A stretch of DNA of 64,000 nt from Desulfatiglandales bacterium (GTDB taxonomy: Bacteria > Desulfobacterota > DSM-4660 > Desulfatiglandales > Desulfatiglandaceae), in NCBI GenBank assembly GCA_963662465.1, contig OY759599.1, positions 608,001-672,000 on the forward strand. The letters run 5' to 3'. Made by a program: the position numbers and the translations under genes. Below are positions 11,076-21,413 of this stretch, piece by piece; position 1 is the stretch's first letter; the number at the start of each line of letters is the position of its first letter. The notes beneath the pieces were generated by a model, which was given only the letters and a program-made list of their open reading frames with translations, was not told where the DNA came from and ran no database searches.

Positions 11076-12661
11076 TCACCTTTCCTGTTCCAGCAATAGC
11101 CCCACTCCCTTATAGTACAGTCCATCCCGGTCCTTACCCTGCTCGAAAAGCTCTTTTGCATTTATTCCGAAGCGAGTACCGCTGAAAGCCGCGTGTCCCA
11201 TCTCGTTACACCAACTCTTGTAAGCCTCGTAAAACTTTCCCGCTTTGATCTTCGCGTGTGGCGCCAAAAGACATTTTTCATCGATGAATTGACTAATCAG
11301 ATCATTTTCCTTGCGATAGTCTGTCGTCGCTGTTTCAACCACTGCCGGAGGATTGAGGCCTTTTTCCTGCCATTCGAGGGTTCCCCGGACAAGCCACGCC
11401 AAGATGCCGGAAGCTTCGGCTTCCAGTCTGTCCTGGAGACCTTTGTCCGCTTTACGTTCATTTTTTTTGCTTGGGTTGTCGATGAACGAGAGTGTGAAAG
11501 GGATCAGCTTCACGCGTTTCCAAATCGCAAAATCATTGGCGTTTATCCTCGGCTTGGCATTCGTCAGTAGGAATAATAGATGCGTTGGCGTAAATTCAAC
11601 CGGTCTCCGACCATATGGCGCTCTGGCTGTCAGAGTGTCACCGCCCGCCAGTTCCTTGACCTTGCCCACATTTAGCTTATTACCCTCGTTGGTTTCGCTG
11701 GCCCACACGATCCTCTTTCCTTTGAGCGCTAGAGTGTCAGCGTCGCTACTTCCGCTCGGTCTCATTCTCCCGGAATCCAAAAGTATTTCCGCTCTTGCAC
11801 GGTGAGCGATCGGTCCAAGAACAAATTTTAGGGTTTCGAGCATCGTTCCTTTCCCGTTTCGGCCATTTCCCCACATTATCGGATACACATGTTCTTGCCG
11901 GAGTCCTGTGATCTGTAGCCGAAAAGGCGCTGCACAAAACGCATGAGCTCTTCCTCACCATCAAAGATTTCACAAACAAAATTTTGCCAATCCCGCGCTG
12001 GAACTTCCAACCCCTTCCATTCTGTCGGTGCAATAGTCTTCATGTAATCGTGTTGATCCCTTGGCCGAAAATTCCCAGTTTTCAGATCGATGACCCCATT
12101 TTTACAACCCAGTAACCACGGGTTGCTGTCCCACTCTCCGTCTGTGAGCCCATTTCCTGCGGTGGCGAGGTTTAATACGTTCCGTTTTCGATGCAGGGTT
12201 TGGAGCTTGTCAATGCGTCTTAGTAAGCGCGCCCTCAATTCCTCATGCTCGTTTGCTGGATCGTTTTTCTTAGCTTTGCGAGCCTTTGTTGCCAGCCAGG
12301 CTTGGCGGTCAGCCTCTTTTCCGTAAATGTCTATCACCCCATCGAGGGTTCGCATAACCTCATGGCGTGCGTCTTGGATCCATTGGTGCCCCTCCCATTG
12401 AAACCACTCCGCAGCGGCATGGTCATAAACGAATTTGTTGCAAGTGATTTGGTTGAACATCCATGCGTCACCATCTTCGTTCGCGTCGAGGGCGGCCAAA
12501 ACTTTTTTGCTAGTTAATTCAATATCTTGTTTATGTTCTTGCGCGAAGCTTATTTTTTCATCCGCAACCTGCCGCTCCACTAATCTCTGCATCTCCTGGA
12601 TGTCTTGGATTGCAGCCTTTTCACGAACTGTCTGTTGTTTCTGGGTAGCTGCCGCCATCAC
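11076..12661 (-). pseudogene. P4/D5-family phage/plasmid primase-helicase, frameshifted near 11913
   Basis: D5_N-like WDSNPWLLGCKNGVIDLKTG and SF3 Walker A GNGRNGKGT lie in two frames; restoring 1 nt gives LFGY-x-ITGLRQEHVYPIMWG. Confidence 0.85.
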
Positions 12662-12671
12662 TTATCCACCC

Positions 12672-12956
12672 TCAGCTTTTCGCGCCAGTATTCCAAGAAG
12701 ATTTGTTGACATCTCGCACAACTAAGAGTTTGCGGCCCCCCTGCCGAATGAACATCCCATCAGGTGTTTCTCGCACAACTAAGAGTTTGCGGCCCCCCTG
12801 CCGAATGAACATCCCATCAGGTGTTTCTCCTCTCGATTTTTCATTCTGTACTGTCCGCCAGCGGATACCGTTCCCAGTAAGAGCATCCACGGATGTTCCT
12901 GCGAAAACCGGCGGCATCGCTTCCCTCATTTGTTTAAGGATGTCATCAATCTGCAT
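12672..12956 (-). CDS. Small putative DNA-binding protein of the element, with internal 19-aa duplication
   Basis: RBS (GAGGA) and position directly upstream of the primase; ETPDGMFIRQGGRKLLVVR occurs twice. Confidence 0.45.
   Translation of the reverse strand: MQIDDILKQMREAMPPVFAGTSVDALTGNGIRWRTVQNEKSRGETPDGMFIRQGGRKLLVVRETPDGMFIRQGGRKLLVVRDVNKSSWNTGAKS
12712..12829. repeat. Perfect 57-bp tandem duplication
   Basis: tctcgcacaactaagagtttgcggcccccctgccgaatgaacatcccatcaggtgtt at 12712 and 12769. Confidence 0.95.
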
Positions 12957-13470
12957 AATTTCCTCCTATGTTTAATTGTTTTCACGAGTGAGAGAATGAT
13001 ACGAAACCGCTCTGGGGAAAGGCTGGGGGAGTAGATGGGGTTTTTTCCGGGGGGTGTCGTTTTTTTTAATTTCAGGCAAAAAAATCCCCGCGCAAAGCCA
13101 CATTGTGTGACTTTGTGCGGGGAATTAAGGAGGCAGGGTAGGGACTGCTATAAATTGAGTTTTACCAGACCTTTTCGGCTTCCTGTTGCAATGAGGGCGC
13201 GCAGTGCCGCTTCATCCCCTTTGAAAACATCCTTCAGTCTCGGATTATCGGATGAGGAACCAGCCTCCTCATCTCTTTTCGCTGATTCAAGGGAATATGG
13301 AGACATTGTTTCTCTGCTATCGGGGTAGATATCCCGATTTCTATTTGGATTAGTTAGCCCAACACTTTTGTTTTACCTACATACATCCCGTTAAGGAGGA
13401 CATCCAATGATCACCCCGTTGGCATATTAACGATCGAACAAATCCCCTATCATATTTCATCCTCCTTTGG

Positions 13471-13513
13471 AAAGGCAGTTTCCAGCTTTTGGATGCTGCC
13501 TTTTTCTTTTTTT
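13471..13513 (+). terminator. Rho-independent terminator-like hairpin
   Basis: aaaggcagtttcca…tggatgctgccttt followed by a long T tract. Confidence 0.5.
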
Positions 13514-13818
13514 GGCAATTGACGTTAAGGCGCCAATCCAATATATTCCAGAAATGTTTCCAACGCCGCCGATGTTCTGATGATTCCTATGGCTTGTTCT
13601 ATGAAAGAGATTTCTTATATCTCCCCATGAGGGAAGAAAACCTTAAGAAATCTGTATATTTATGGTAAACCCTCATGGCAAGGGGGTTTGCCACCCCCTC
13701 GCATGAAAATGACATCTACCGCTTTTAAGCTAACAGCTAATAGCTAACAGCTAACTGCTGCATTTTCATGGTAAAGAATGGATGGATCAACAATATGAAA
13801 TTTTTGAGAAAATAAAAC

Positions 13819-14256
13819 ATGTCTAAAAAGAAGCGGAAGAAAACCCAAAAAGGGACCCATAAACAGCAACCAAACCCTACGCAGTCAGGCGGCATAAAAA
13901 TCTCTGAAGCCATTTTAAGCATAAGCGAGCCGCTAAGGAATCGATATCAAGAACCCCATAAGATTGAAACCATCATATTTCTAACAGTGATGGCATGGAA
14001 CATTTCTCTTTTTGAGGGAGAAGAACGAACCAAATTGCAAGAGAAGATTATCGAAAAGTTTCCACCGGACTTTGGTGGGGAGGATGTGGCTATAATATTT
14101 GACAATCTTGAAACGCTGATTGAGCGTAAGGAGAAAGCGTTCCCGGATATTCGGGAACATATTATTGACCATCGAGTTTCATTTTCAGGAAATTCTTTTA
14201 CTTTGAATGTGACCGCAGCACCAATAAAGGAGAGAAAGAAACAAGCCTTATCATGA
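13819..14256 (+). CDS. Hypothetical protein (basic N-terminus)
   Basis: 145-aa ORF with plausible composition; no recognised motif. Confidence 0.6.
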   Translation: MSKKKRKKTQKGTHKQQPNPTQSGGIKISEAILSISEPLRNRYQEPHKIETIIFLTVMAWNISLFEGEERTKLQEKIIEKFPPDFGGEDVAIIFDNLETLIERKEKAFPDIREHIIDHRVSFSGNSFTLNVTAAPIKERKKQALS

Positions 14257-14281
14257 CGACTCTTTCTGTCTTTGAATTAGA

Positions 14282-14680
14282 ATGCGTCCCAGCGAACACC
14301 TAAATAAAATCAATCGAAAATACTCCAAAGGGTATCATCTAATTAATGAATTCCGGCGGGATAAGGGAAAAGGTATTCCCAAATGGCCTAAATGGTGTTT
14401 CCTGCCGATGTCTGGTTTCTATGCTGTTATTTCTAAGGCTGCAGGGTATGACCAAATCCCGCCTCAATTGATTTCAGATGTCAGCAGACTGGCGGCAATC
14501 GCTACCTGGAGGTATTCCCAAGGTGTTTATCGTTTTGATCGACCTGTATTTGACGCATTATGGAAGACAAAACTGTCCGGAGACTTGCCCGCAGATGTAC
14601 TGTTGCGGTTGCTGGAATGGAGTATTTATGTCGAAACCCCTGACAAGAAATTCGGTGAATCTGATTTGTTCGGTTATTAA
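14282..14680 (+). pseudogene. N-terminal fragment of an AcrVA2/FinQ-family protein
   Basis: WPKWCFLP…WRYSQGVYRFD…DLPADVLLRLLEWSIYVE resembles the remembered AcrVA2 segment WRNTLGIYQLD…FLNLPDWCVYVD; ORF ends at 132 aa without the C-terminal PHxRRxHW motif. Confidence 0.6.
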
Positions 14681-14948
14681 TCTCCGTAGGCCCGTTGCTT
14701 GTAATCGACGCTTAAAGACATTCAATTAATTTCACCATATCATCCGACCCTGGCCCTTAACCGGGGAGGATTCCCGGAGGGGTTCTCCTGTCAACATTTG
14801 AACCCACTTCGGTACATTGTCCGCAGGGCTTCGCACCCCATCATCAGCGCAATGGTAACACGCCTGCGTAGGGTCCGGCAGGAACATGCCGGGTACTACA
14901 TGTAACTACATGAATACACTAAAACTATGCGACTTCGTGTCGCAAGCC

Positions 14949-15000
14949 AACCAGTGATTGTGCGGTTTTTTTTGTTATCAAGTATCCAAATCTACATGTT
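14949..15000. repeat. 52-bp att-like element, copy 1 (copy 2 at 48293-48344)
   Basis: AACCAGTGATTGTGCGGTTTTTTTT…ACATGTT; 4 mismatches between copies; identity ends at AAC and at GTT. Confidence 0.8.
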
Positions 15001-15057
15001 AGCTGATTTCCCGTCTTTAACTTCGCTAACAAATAAGTTAAGGAAAACGTGTTACCT

Positions 15058-15334
15058 TTAATTTAAGAAGCGTTTGAGGTAACGTTCAAAGGCATATGTT
15101 CGCCTACGCTGCTGACCGGTAGTTTCAACCAGAATGCCCAATTCAACCAATACCTTGATCAGTGCATTGGAGGTGGGCGTGGTCGCCTGTTCTACATCTC
15201 CGGCTTTGATGATGGGCCTACGGTATACCAGGTTCAGGGCCAACCGGGCCGAGTGGGCACGTTTACCAAGACCCAACACCGCCTGTTTCACCTCGGTTCG
15301 CAGAACAAGAATTTGGCGAAATACCTCTCCTCCC
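15058..15334 (-). pseudogene. C-terminal HTH fragment of a Fic-family protein
   Basis: …LVELGILVETTGQQRRRTYAFERYL is the typical Fic-protein C-terminus; 5' part is replaced by the efflux operon. Confidence 0.65.
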
Positions 15335-16774
15335 TTATGATCCGTTTTGGCTGTTTTCCCCGGACGGACCCCCGCCGCCTCCCAATACGGCGTAAAGCCT
15401 CACCCGGCTGGCAAGCCTGATCAGTCGGAGTTCGATCAGCACCTGCTGCTGCCCGTAGAGGGATCGTTGGGCAACCAGGACGGCCAGGTAGTTGTCAATC
15501 CCTTTTTCATAGCGAATATTTGAGAGTCGATATGTTTCAGCAGTTGCATCCACCAGAGATTGTTGCGCGGATACCTGCTGATTTATGGTCCCCTGCACCG
15601 CCAGAGAATCAGCAACTTCCCTGAAGGCCGTCTGGATGGCCTTCTCATACTGGGTCAGGGCAATTTTCCGATCGGCTTTGCTGACCCGCAGCGCAGCCCA
15701 GACGCGGGCATCAAAAATCGGCATAACGATCTGCGGCGCAAAGTTCCAGGCGCCCGAGCCGGCGCTGAACAGGCCGGACAGATCGGCGCTTGCGGTTCCG
15801 AAGGCAGCGGTCAGGGAAATGCGAGGGAAGAAGGCGGCTCGGGCCGCGCCGATATAGGCGTAGGCTCCCTTGAGCCGATGTTCCGCCGCCATAATGTCGG
15901 GCCGGTTCAGGAGTACCTGGGAGGAAAGGCCCGGAGAAAGTTCTTCGGGCGGGGTAACGCTGCTTAAATCCGCCGGCAGGAGATTTTTCGGTACCGGAGA
16001 CCCGGCCAGAAGGTTCAATGCGTTGTGGTCCTGGGCTGCCAGTTGCGTAAACCGGGGGATATCTCTTAACGCCGCATCCACCCGGGTTTGCGCTTCAGCC
16101 AGGTCCAACTCGGTGGCGAGTCCAAGTTCGAGACGCCGTTTAACAAAACGATAGCTGGCCTGTTGGGTTTCATGGGTGGATCGGGCCAGCTTGAGGTTTT
16201 CCCTGTCCGCGGCAAGGGTCAGATAAGCCCTGGCAACCTCAGCCACCAGCGCGATCTGTACACTGCGACGGGCCTGCTCCGTGGCCAGGTATTCCTCCAA
16301 AGCCCGCTCTTCCAGGCTGCGAATGCGGCCGAAGAAATCGATCTCCCAGGAAGCAATGCCCAGGCCCACGTCATATTGTGTCGCTGTCATGGATTGGCCG
16401 GTGGTGGAGAGGTCGGCCGGCACCCGTTGCCTGCTTCCGCCGGCCCCGGCATTGACCACCGGGAACAGTTCCGCCCGTTGAATGCCGTAGAGCGCTCGGG
16501 CCCTTTCCACATTCAGGGCCGCAAGCCGCAGATCAAGGTTGTTGTTAAGGGCCATTTCAATAATCTTCTGGAGCGGTTTGTCGGCAAAGAAATCCTCCCA
16601 CTTAAGATCCGGAACCGTTGGTACTCCGGGCATGGCCTGCGTGTCTTTGTAAGCGGCGCCCTTCGGCCATTCAGCCGGAATCGGCGCCTCGGGCTGTGTG
16701 TATTTCGGCGCCAGGGTGCAGCCGCTCAGAAGAAGGACGATTCCGACCAGTAGAAATAACGGTTGTTTATTCAT
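15335..16774 (-). CDS. RND efflux outer-membrane lipoprotein (OprM/NodT family)
   Basis: Lipobox LSGC-TLAPKY, WEIDFFGRIR, RPDIMAAE, AAFFPRISL, LYAVLGGG. Confidence 0.93.
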   Translation of the reverse strand: MNKQPLFLLVGIVLLLSGCTLAPKYTQPEAPIPAEWPKGAAYKDTQAMPGVPTVPDLKWEDFFADKPLQKIIEMALNNNLDLRLAALNVERARALYGIQRAELFPVVNAGAGGSRQRVPADLSTTGQSMTATQYDVGLGIASWEIDFFGRIRSLEERALEEYLATEQARRSVQIALVAEVARAYLTLAADRENLKLARSTHETQQASYRFVKRRLELGLATELDLAEAQTRVDAALRDIPRFTQLAAQDHNALNLLAGSPVPKNLLPADLSSVTPPEELSPGLSSQVLLNRPDIMAAEHRLKGAYAYIGAARAAFFPRISLTAAFGTASADLSGLFSAGSGAWNFAPQIVMPIFDARVWAALRVSKADRKIALTQYEKAIQTAFREVADSLAVQGTINQQVSAQQSLVDATAETYRLSNIRYEKGIDNYLAVLVAQRSLYGQQQVLIELRLIRLASRVRLYAVLGGGGGPSGENSQNGS

Positions 16775-19700
16775 GGGTTTGTCCCCCTGACGTCCTTTCA
16801 TCAGCGTGTTTTAGGGTGACGCGCTTCCGGTGTTTGCCCAATGCCTTATAAATGACCACATAAAAAAGCGGCGCAAACAGGGTGACCAGGAAGGTAGAGG
16901 TCACCATGCCTCCCAGCACCCCGGTGCCGATGGCATTTTGCGCCCCTGCCCCTGCTCCCATGGCGATGGCGAGGGGCAGGACGCCGAATCCGAAGGCCAG
17001 GGATGTCATGACAATGGGGCGCAGTCTTAATTTCGCCGCTTCCAGCGTTGCCGCGATCAGCTCCTCCCCTTCATCGACCCTGGCCTTGGCGAACTGGACG
17101 ATCAGGATGGCGTTTTTGGTGGTCAGCCCCAGGATGGTTAAGAGTCCTATCTGGAAATAGACGTCATTGGGGAACCCCCGCATGCTCGAGCTGATAACGC
17201 CGCCGATGACGCCTAAGGGCAGGGTCAGCAGGATGGCGATGGGGATGGGCCAGCTCTCATAGAGGGCTGCAAGAACCAGAAAAACCACAAAAATGGAGAA
17301 GGCATACAGAATCGGCCCCTGGGCCGTTGCCATCCGCTCCTGATAGGAAAGTCCGGTCCAGTCAAAACCGATCCCCTGGGGCAGCTTCGAGACCATTTCT
17401 TCCATTGCGGCCATGGCCTCGCCGGAACTCTTCCCCGGCGCCGGCTCACCCCAGATGTTGATGGACGGAAAGGCATTGTAGCGCTCCAGTTTGGGAGAAC
17501 CGAGGGTCCACCGTCCGGTGGCAAAGGAAGAGAACGGGACCATCTTGCCCACGCTGTTGCGCACATAGAGTTTTTTCAAATCCTTGGGCAGCATGCGGTA
17601 GGGGGCATCGGCCTGGACAAAGACCCGTTTGACCCGTCCGGCCTGGATAAAGTCGTTGACATAGGCGCTGCCGAAAGCCGATGCAATGGTGTTGTGAATG
17701 GAGGTGATGGGAACCCCCAGGGCTCCGGCCTTATCCCAATCCACGTCAATCCGGTATTCGGGCACATCCTCCATGCCGTTGGGCCGGACCCGGACCAATC
17801 GCGAATCCTGCGCCGCCATGCCCAGGAGCTGATTGCGAGCTGCCATGAGTTTTTCGTGGCCCAGGCCCCCACGATCCTGCAACTGAAAATCAAAGCCCGT
17901 GGCATTGCCCAGTTCAAGAACCGCCGGGGGCGCAAAGGCGAACACCATGGCCTCTTTTATTTGTGAGAAGGCGCCCATGGCCCTGCCGGCGATGGCCCGG
18001 GCTTTCAGGTCCGCCCGCTTACGCAGCTTCCAGTCCTTGAGCTGGACAAACCCCAGGGCCATATTCTGTCCCTGGCCGGAAAAGCTGTGACCTGAAATGG
18101 ACATGATGGAGTTCACCCCGTCTTTTTCCCTGATCAGGAAATGATCCCTGACCCGGTTCATGACTTTCTCGGTCTGTTCCAGGGTGGAACCCGACGGAAG
18201 CATGGCCTGGACCATCAGTAGCCCCTGGTCTTCATTGGGGAGATAGGCGGTGGGCATGCGCTGGAACAGATAGCCCATGGCCCCCGCAATGAGCAGAAAC
18301 AGGAAGAGATAGCGGAGTTTTTGGGCCAGAACGCGTCCCACCAGTCTGACATACAGGTCCCTGGCGCGAAAAAAGAAGCGGTCAAACCACTTGAAAAAAG
18401 GGCGCAGAAAAAAAACGGCATTGTCCGCCGGTTCATGTCCTTTGGCGACCGGTTTAAGAAGCGACACGCAGAGTACCGGGGTCAGGATCAGGGCCACGAG
18501 AACCGAAAGCAGCATGGAAGCGATGACGGTTACGGAAAACTGGCGGTAGATGACCCCGGTGGAGCCTGGGAAGAACGCCATGGGGCCGAATACCGCCGAA
18601 AGTACCAGACCGATGCCGACCAGGGCGCTGGTGATCTGCTCCATGGACTTGGCCGTGGCCTCCTTGGGAGAAAGGCCCTCTTCGCTCATGATCCGTTCCA
18701 CGTTTTCCACCACCACGATGGCGTCATCCACCAGCAGCCCGATGGCCAGCACCATGGCGAACATGGTCAGCATGTTGATGGAGAATCCGAACAGCCCCAG
18801 AACCCCGAAGGTTCCCAACAGCACCACCGGCACTGCGATGGTCGGAATCAGGGTGGCCCGGAAGGTCCCCATAAAAAGATACATGATGACAAAGACCAGC
18901 AACATCGCTTCCAAAAGGGTTTTGACCACCTCCTCAATGGCGACTTGGGTAAAGGGGGTAGTGTCGTAGGGATAAATCACCTTCATGCCGTGGGGGAAAT
19001 ACCGGCTCATCTCCGCCAGCTTCTGTTTGACTGCATCGGCCGTATCCAGCGCATTGGCGCCGGCGACCTGCCGGATGCCCATGGCGGCGGCGGGCATGCC
19101 ATTGTACTCAGCGATGACATCGTAACGCTCGGTGCCCAGTTCCGTCCGTCCGATGTCCTTGATACGGATTACGCTTCCATCCGGATTAGTGCGGACGGGG
19201 ATGGCGGCGAACTCCTCCGGGGTCTGGAGCAGATGCTGGACGATGATGGCGGCATTCAGGCGCTGGTTTTTTGTTGCGGGTATTCCGCCGAACTGACCGG
19301 CGGAAACCTCAACATTGTAGGCCCGCAGTGCCATGACGACGTCTTCCATGGTCAGGTTGTAATTGGTCAACTTGTCGGGATTGACCCAGACCCGCATGGC
19401 ATACTGGGAACCGAAATTCTCCACTTCGCCGACACCCGGCACCCGGGACAGGATCTTCTCCAGATTGGACTGAGCATAGTCCCGCAAGTCATCGCCGTCC
19501 ATGCTGCCGTCTTCCGAGATGAGCCCCACGATGATCAGGTAGTTCCGGGTGGATTTACTGACTTTAACTCCCTGGCGCTGCACCACGTCGGGCAGGCTGG
19601 CCATGGCGAGCTGAAGCTTGTTTTGCACTTTGGACCAGGCAAGATCCGGATCGGTCCCGGGGGTAAAGGTTAGTTCGATGCGGGATGCGCCGGATGAAGA

Positions 19701-19952
19701 ACTGGTGCCCGTGAGGTAAAGCATTTCGTCTAAGCCCGTCATCTTCTGCTCGATGATCTGGGTTACGGTGTTCTCAACGGTTTCCCCCGATGCCCCGGGG
19801 AAAAAGGCATCGATGGCGATGGAAGGCGGCGCGATGGGGGGATACTGCGATATGGGCAGTTTGTGGATAGCCAGCCCGCCGGCCGCCATCATGACGATGG
19901 CGATGACCCAGGCGAAGACCGGCCGGGCCAGGAAAAATTTTGATAACATCAC
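16767..19952 (-). CDS. HAE1-family RND efflux permease (AcrB/MexB-like)
   Basis: FFLARPVFAWVIAI, GLLVDDAIVVVENVER, KNAILIV, RLRPIVMTSLAF. Confidence 0.96.
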   Translation of the reverse strand: MMLSKFFLARPVFAWVIAIVMMAAGGLAIHKLPISQYPPIAPPSIAIDAFFPGASGETVENTVTQIIEQKMTGLDEMLYLTGTSSSSGASRIELTFTPGTDPDLAWSKVQNKLQLAMASLPDVVQRQGVKVSKSTRNYLIIVGLISEDGSMDGDDLRDYAQSNLEKILSRVPGVGEVENFGSQYAMRVWVNPDKLTNYNLTMEDVVMALRAYNVEVSAGQFGGIPATKNQRLNAAIIVQHLLQTPEEFAAIPVRTNPDGSVIRIKDIGRTELGTERYDVIAEYNGMPAAAMGIRQVAGANALDTADAVKQKLAEMSRYFPHGMKVIYPYDTTPFTQVAIEEVVKTLLEAMLLVFVIMYLFMGTFRATLIPTIAVPVVLLGTFGVLGLFGFSINMLTMFAMVLAIGLLVDDAIVVVENVERIMSEEGLSPKEATAKSMEQITSALVGIGLVLSAVFGPMAFFPGSTGVIYRQFSVTVIASMLLSVLVALILTPVLCVSLLKPVAKGHEPADNAVFFLRPFFKWFDRFFFRARDLYVRLVGRVLAQKLRYLFLFLLIAGAMGYLFQRMPTAYLPNEDQGLLMVQAMLPSGSTLEQTEKVMNRVRDHFLIREKDGVNSIMSISGHSFSGQGQNMALGFVQLKDWKLRKRADLKARAIAGRAMGAFSQIKEAMVFAFAPPAVLELGNATGFDFQLQDRGGLGHEKLMAARNQLLGMAAQDSRLVRVRPNGMEDVPEYRIDVDWDKAGALGVPITSIHNTIASAFGSAYVNDFIQAGRVKRVFVQADAPYRMLPKDLKKLYVRNSVGKMVPFSSFATGRWTLGSPKLERYNAFPSINIWGEPAPGKSSGEAMAAMEEMVSKLPQGIGFDWTGLSYQERMATAQGPILYAFSIFVVFLVLAALYESWPIPIAILLTLPLGVIGGVISSSMRGFPNDVYFQIGLLTILGLTTKNAILIVQFAKARVDEGEELIAATLEAAKLRLRPIVMTSLAFGFGVLPLAIAMGAGAGAQNAIGTGVLGGMVTSTFLVTLFAPLFYVVIYKALGKHRKRVTLKHADERTSGGQTHE

Positions 19953-19974
19953 ACGCCTCCGTTGTGGGCGGACA

Positions 19975-21312
19975 CTACTTCGATTCAGCCGGTGCCCGGG
20001 GTGTATTTGCCGGTGTATTCCCGCTATCTTTAAAAGGAACCGCCTTCACGGCCGTCCCCGGTCGTAACATTTGCGTTCCCTCGACGATCACCCGATCACC
20101 GGGAGCAAGCCCCGCCGATACGAGCCATTGGTTGCCGATGGCACGGTCAAGGGTGAGCATGCGCAGTTCGACTTTGCCTGTGGTATCCACGATCATCGCG
20201 AAGGGATTCCCCTTGTGATCGCGGGCAACCCCCTGCTGGGGGACAAAAATGGCCTGCTCATTGAAGCCCTCCTTAATCTCCGCCCGGACGAACATCCCCG
20301 GTAGAAGAACGCCTTTCGGATTTGGAAGGACAACCCGCAGGATCACGGATCCCGTGCTTGGGTCCACGGTCACATCGCTGAATTGCAGTATCCCTTCGAG
20401 AGGGTAGGGGATGCCGTCTTCCAGGATGAGCTTGACCTTGTTCTGTTCGGTTCCGTTTTGATTGAGACGGCCCTCCTCCAGGCGCCGTTTCAATCGCAGC
20501 AGTTCGGCGGTGGATTGGGGCACGTCCACGTAAATGGGGTCCAGTTGCTGGATGGTGGCGAGAGGGGTGGGCTGATAGGCCGTCACAATGGCGCCCTCCG
20601 TCACGTTGGATTTACCGATACGGCCCATGACGGGTGCGGTGACCCTGCAGTATCTCAGATTGATACGGGCCGTCTCCACCATCGCTTCCGCCTGATGGAT
20701 GGTTGCCTCGGCGACTGCCACTGCTGCCCGGTCGCTTTCCAGCTGCGCCTCGACGGCCCGCAGGGTCGCCTCGGCGACATCGGCGTCGGTTTCGGCCTGG
20801 TCGCGCTGACTGGTGGAAACAACTTTGTCCTTAAACGCGTCCTCGAATCGCCGACGATTTGTCCGGGCAAGGGCCAGGGTGGCCCGCTGCTGCGTCACGC
20901 GTGCGATGCTCGCTTTCAGTGCGGCCCGCGCCTGGTCGGCCGACTTCCGTGTGACGGAAAGATTCGCGCTTGCATTGTCCAGGGCCGCCTGAAAGGGGGC
21001 CGGATCGATCTGATAAAGTATTTGGCCTGCCTTGACATCGGAACCTTCCGTAAACAGACGTTTCTGCACAAGGCCGCTGACTTGGGGCCGGATCTCGGCG
21101 ATACAAAAGGCGGCGGTGCGGCCCGGCAGTTCAGTGGTCAGCATGATCTTTTGGGGTTGGACCGTCACAGTGGCCATTTCCGGGGCAGTGGGCGGCTGGC
21201 GGGATTGCGTCGCCCGGTCGCACCCGGCGAGAAAAAAACCGCCCAACAGTACCGCCAGAATCACGGTATATCCAATGGGTTTGTAAATTATTCCGTTTTG
21301 TTGCATAAACAA
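19975..21312 (-). CDS. RND periplasmic adaptor (AcrA/MexA-like)
   Basis: Lipobox LAGC, ELPGRT…EIRPQVSG, LLPGMFV; extended coiled coil. Confidence 0.93.
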   Translation of the reverse strand: MFMQQNGIIYKPIGYTVILAVLLGGFFLAGCDRATQSRQPPTAPEMATVTVQPQKIMLTTELPGRTAAFCIAEIRPQVSGLVQKRLFTEGSDVKAGQILYQIDPAPFQAALDNASANLSVTRKSADQARAALKASIARVTQQRATLALARTNRRRFEDAFKDKVVSTSQRDQAETDADVAEATLRAVEAQLESDRAAVAVAEATIHQAEAMVETARINLRYCRVTAPVMGRIGKSNVTEGAIVTAYQPTPLATIQQLDPIYVDVPQSTAELLRLKRRLEEGRLNQNGTEQNKVKLILEDGIPYPLEGILQFSDVTVDPSTGSVILRVVLPNPKGVLLPGMFVRAEIKEGFNEQAIFVPQQGVARDHKGNPFAMIVDTTGKVELRMLTLDRAIGNQWLVSAGLAPGDRVIVEGTQMLRPGTAVKAVPFKDSGNTPANTPRAPAESK

Positions 21313-21337
21313 TCCTCCAAAACCCCAGTTTATCTAA

Positions 21338-21353
21338 GAGTGATCAGTCACTC
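21338..21353. promoter_or_regulatory. Putative TetR operator upstream of the adaptor gene
   Basis: Palindrome GAGTGATCAGTCACTC, matching the site upstream of the tetR-family gene. Confidence 0.65.
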
Positions 21354-21413
21354 CGCGCTTGCGCAAAAAATAGGCTTGCGTTTAAATTCAACCCCGAAAT
21401 CATATTGAACCAG

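Noticed and set aside
12712..12829. CRISPR array
   Set aside because: Two abutting copies with no spacer; no repeat-spacer array or cas genes seen in the window.
14741..14880. 6S RNA or tmRNA identity for the structured region
   Set aside because: Only a short GGGTTCAA resemblance; no tRNA-like ends or recognisable 6S architecture.
18321..19673. Long antisense ORFs (also 6932-8071, 20383-21408, 29485-30426, 56139-57401)
   Set aside because: Shadow frames opposite well-supported GC-rich genes.
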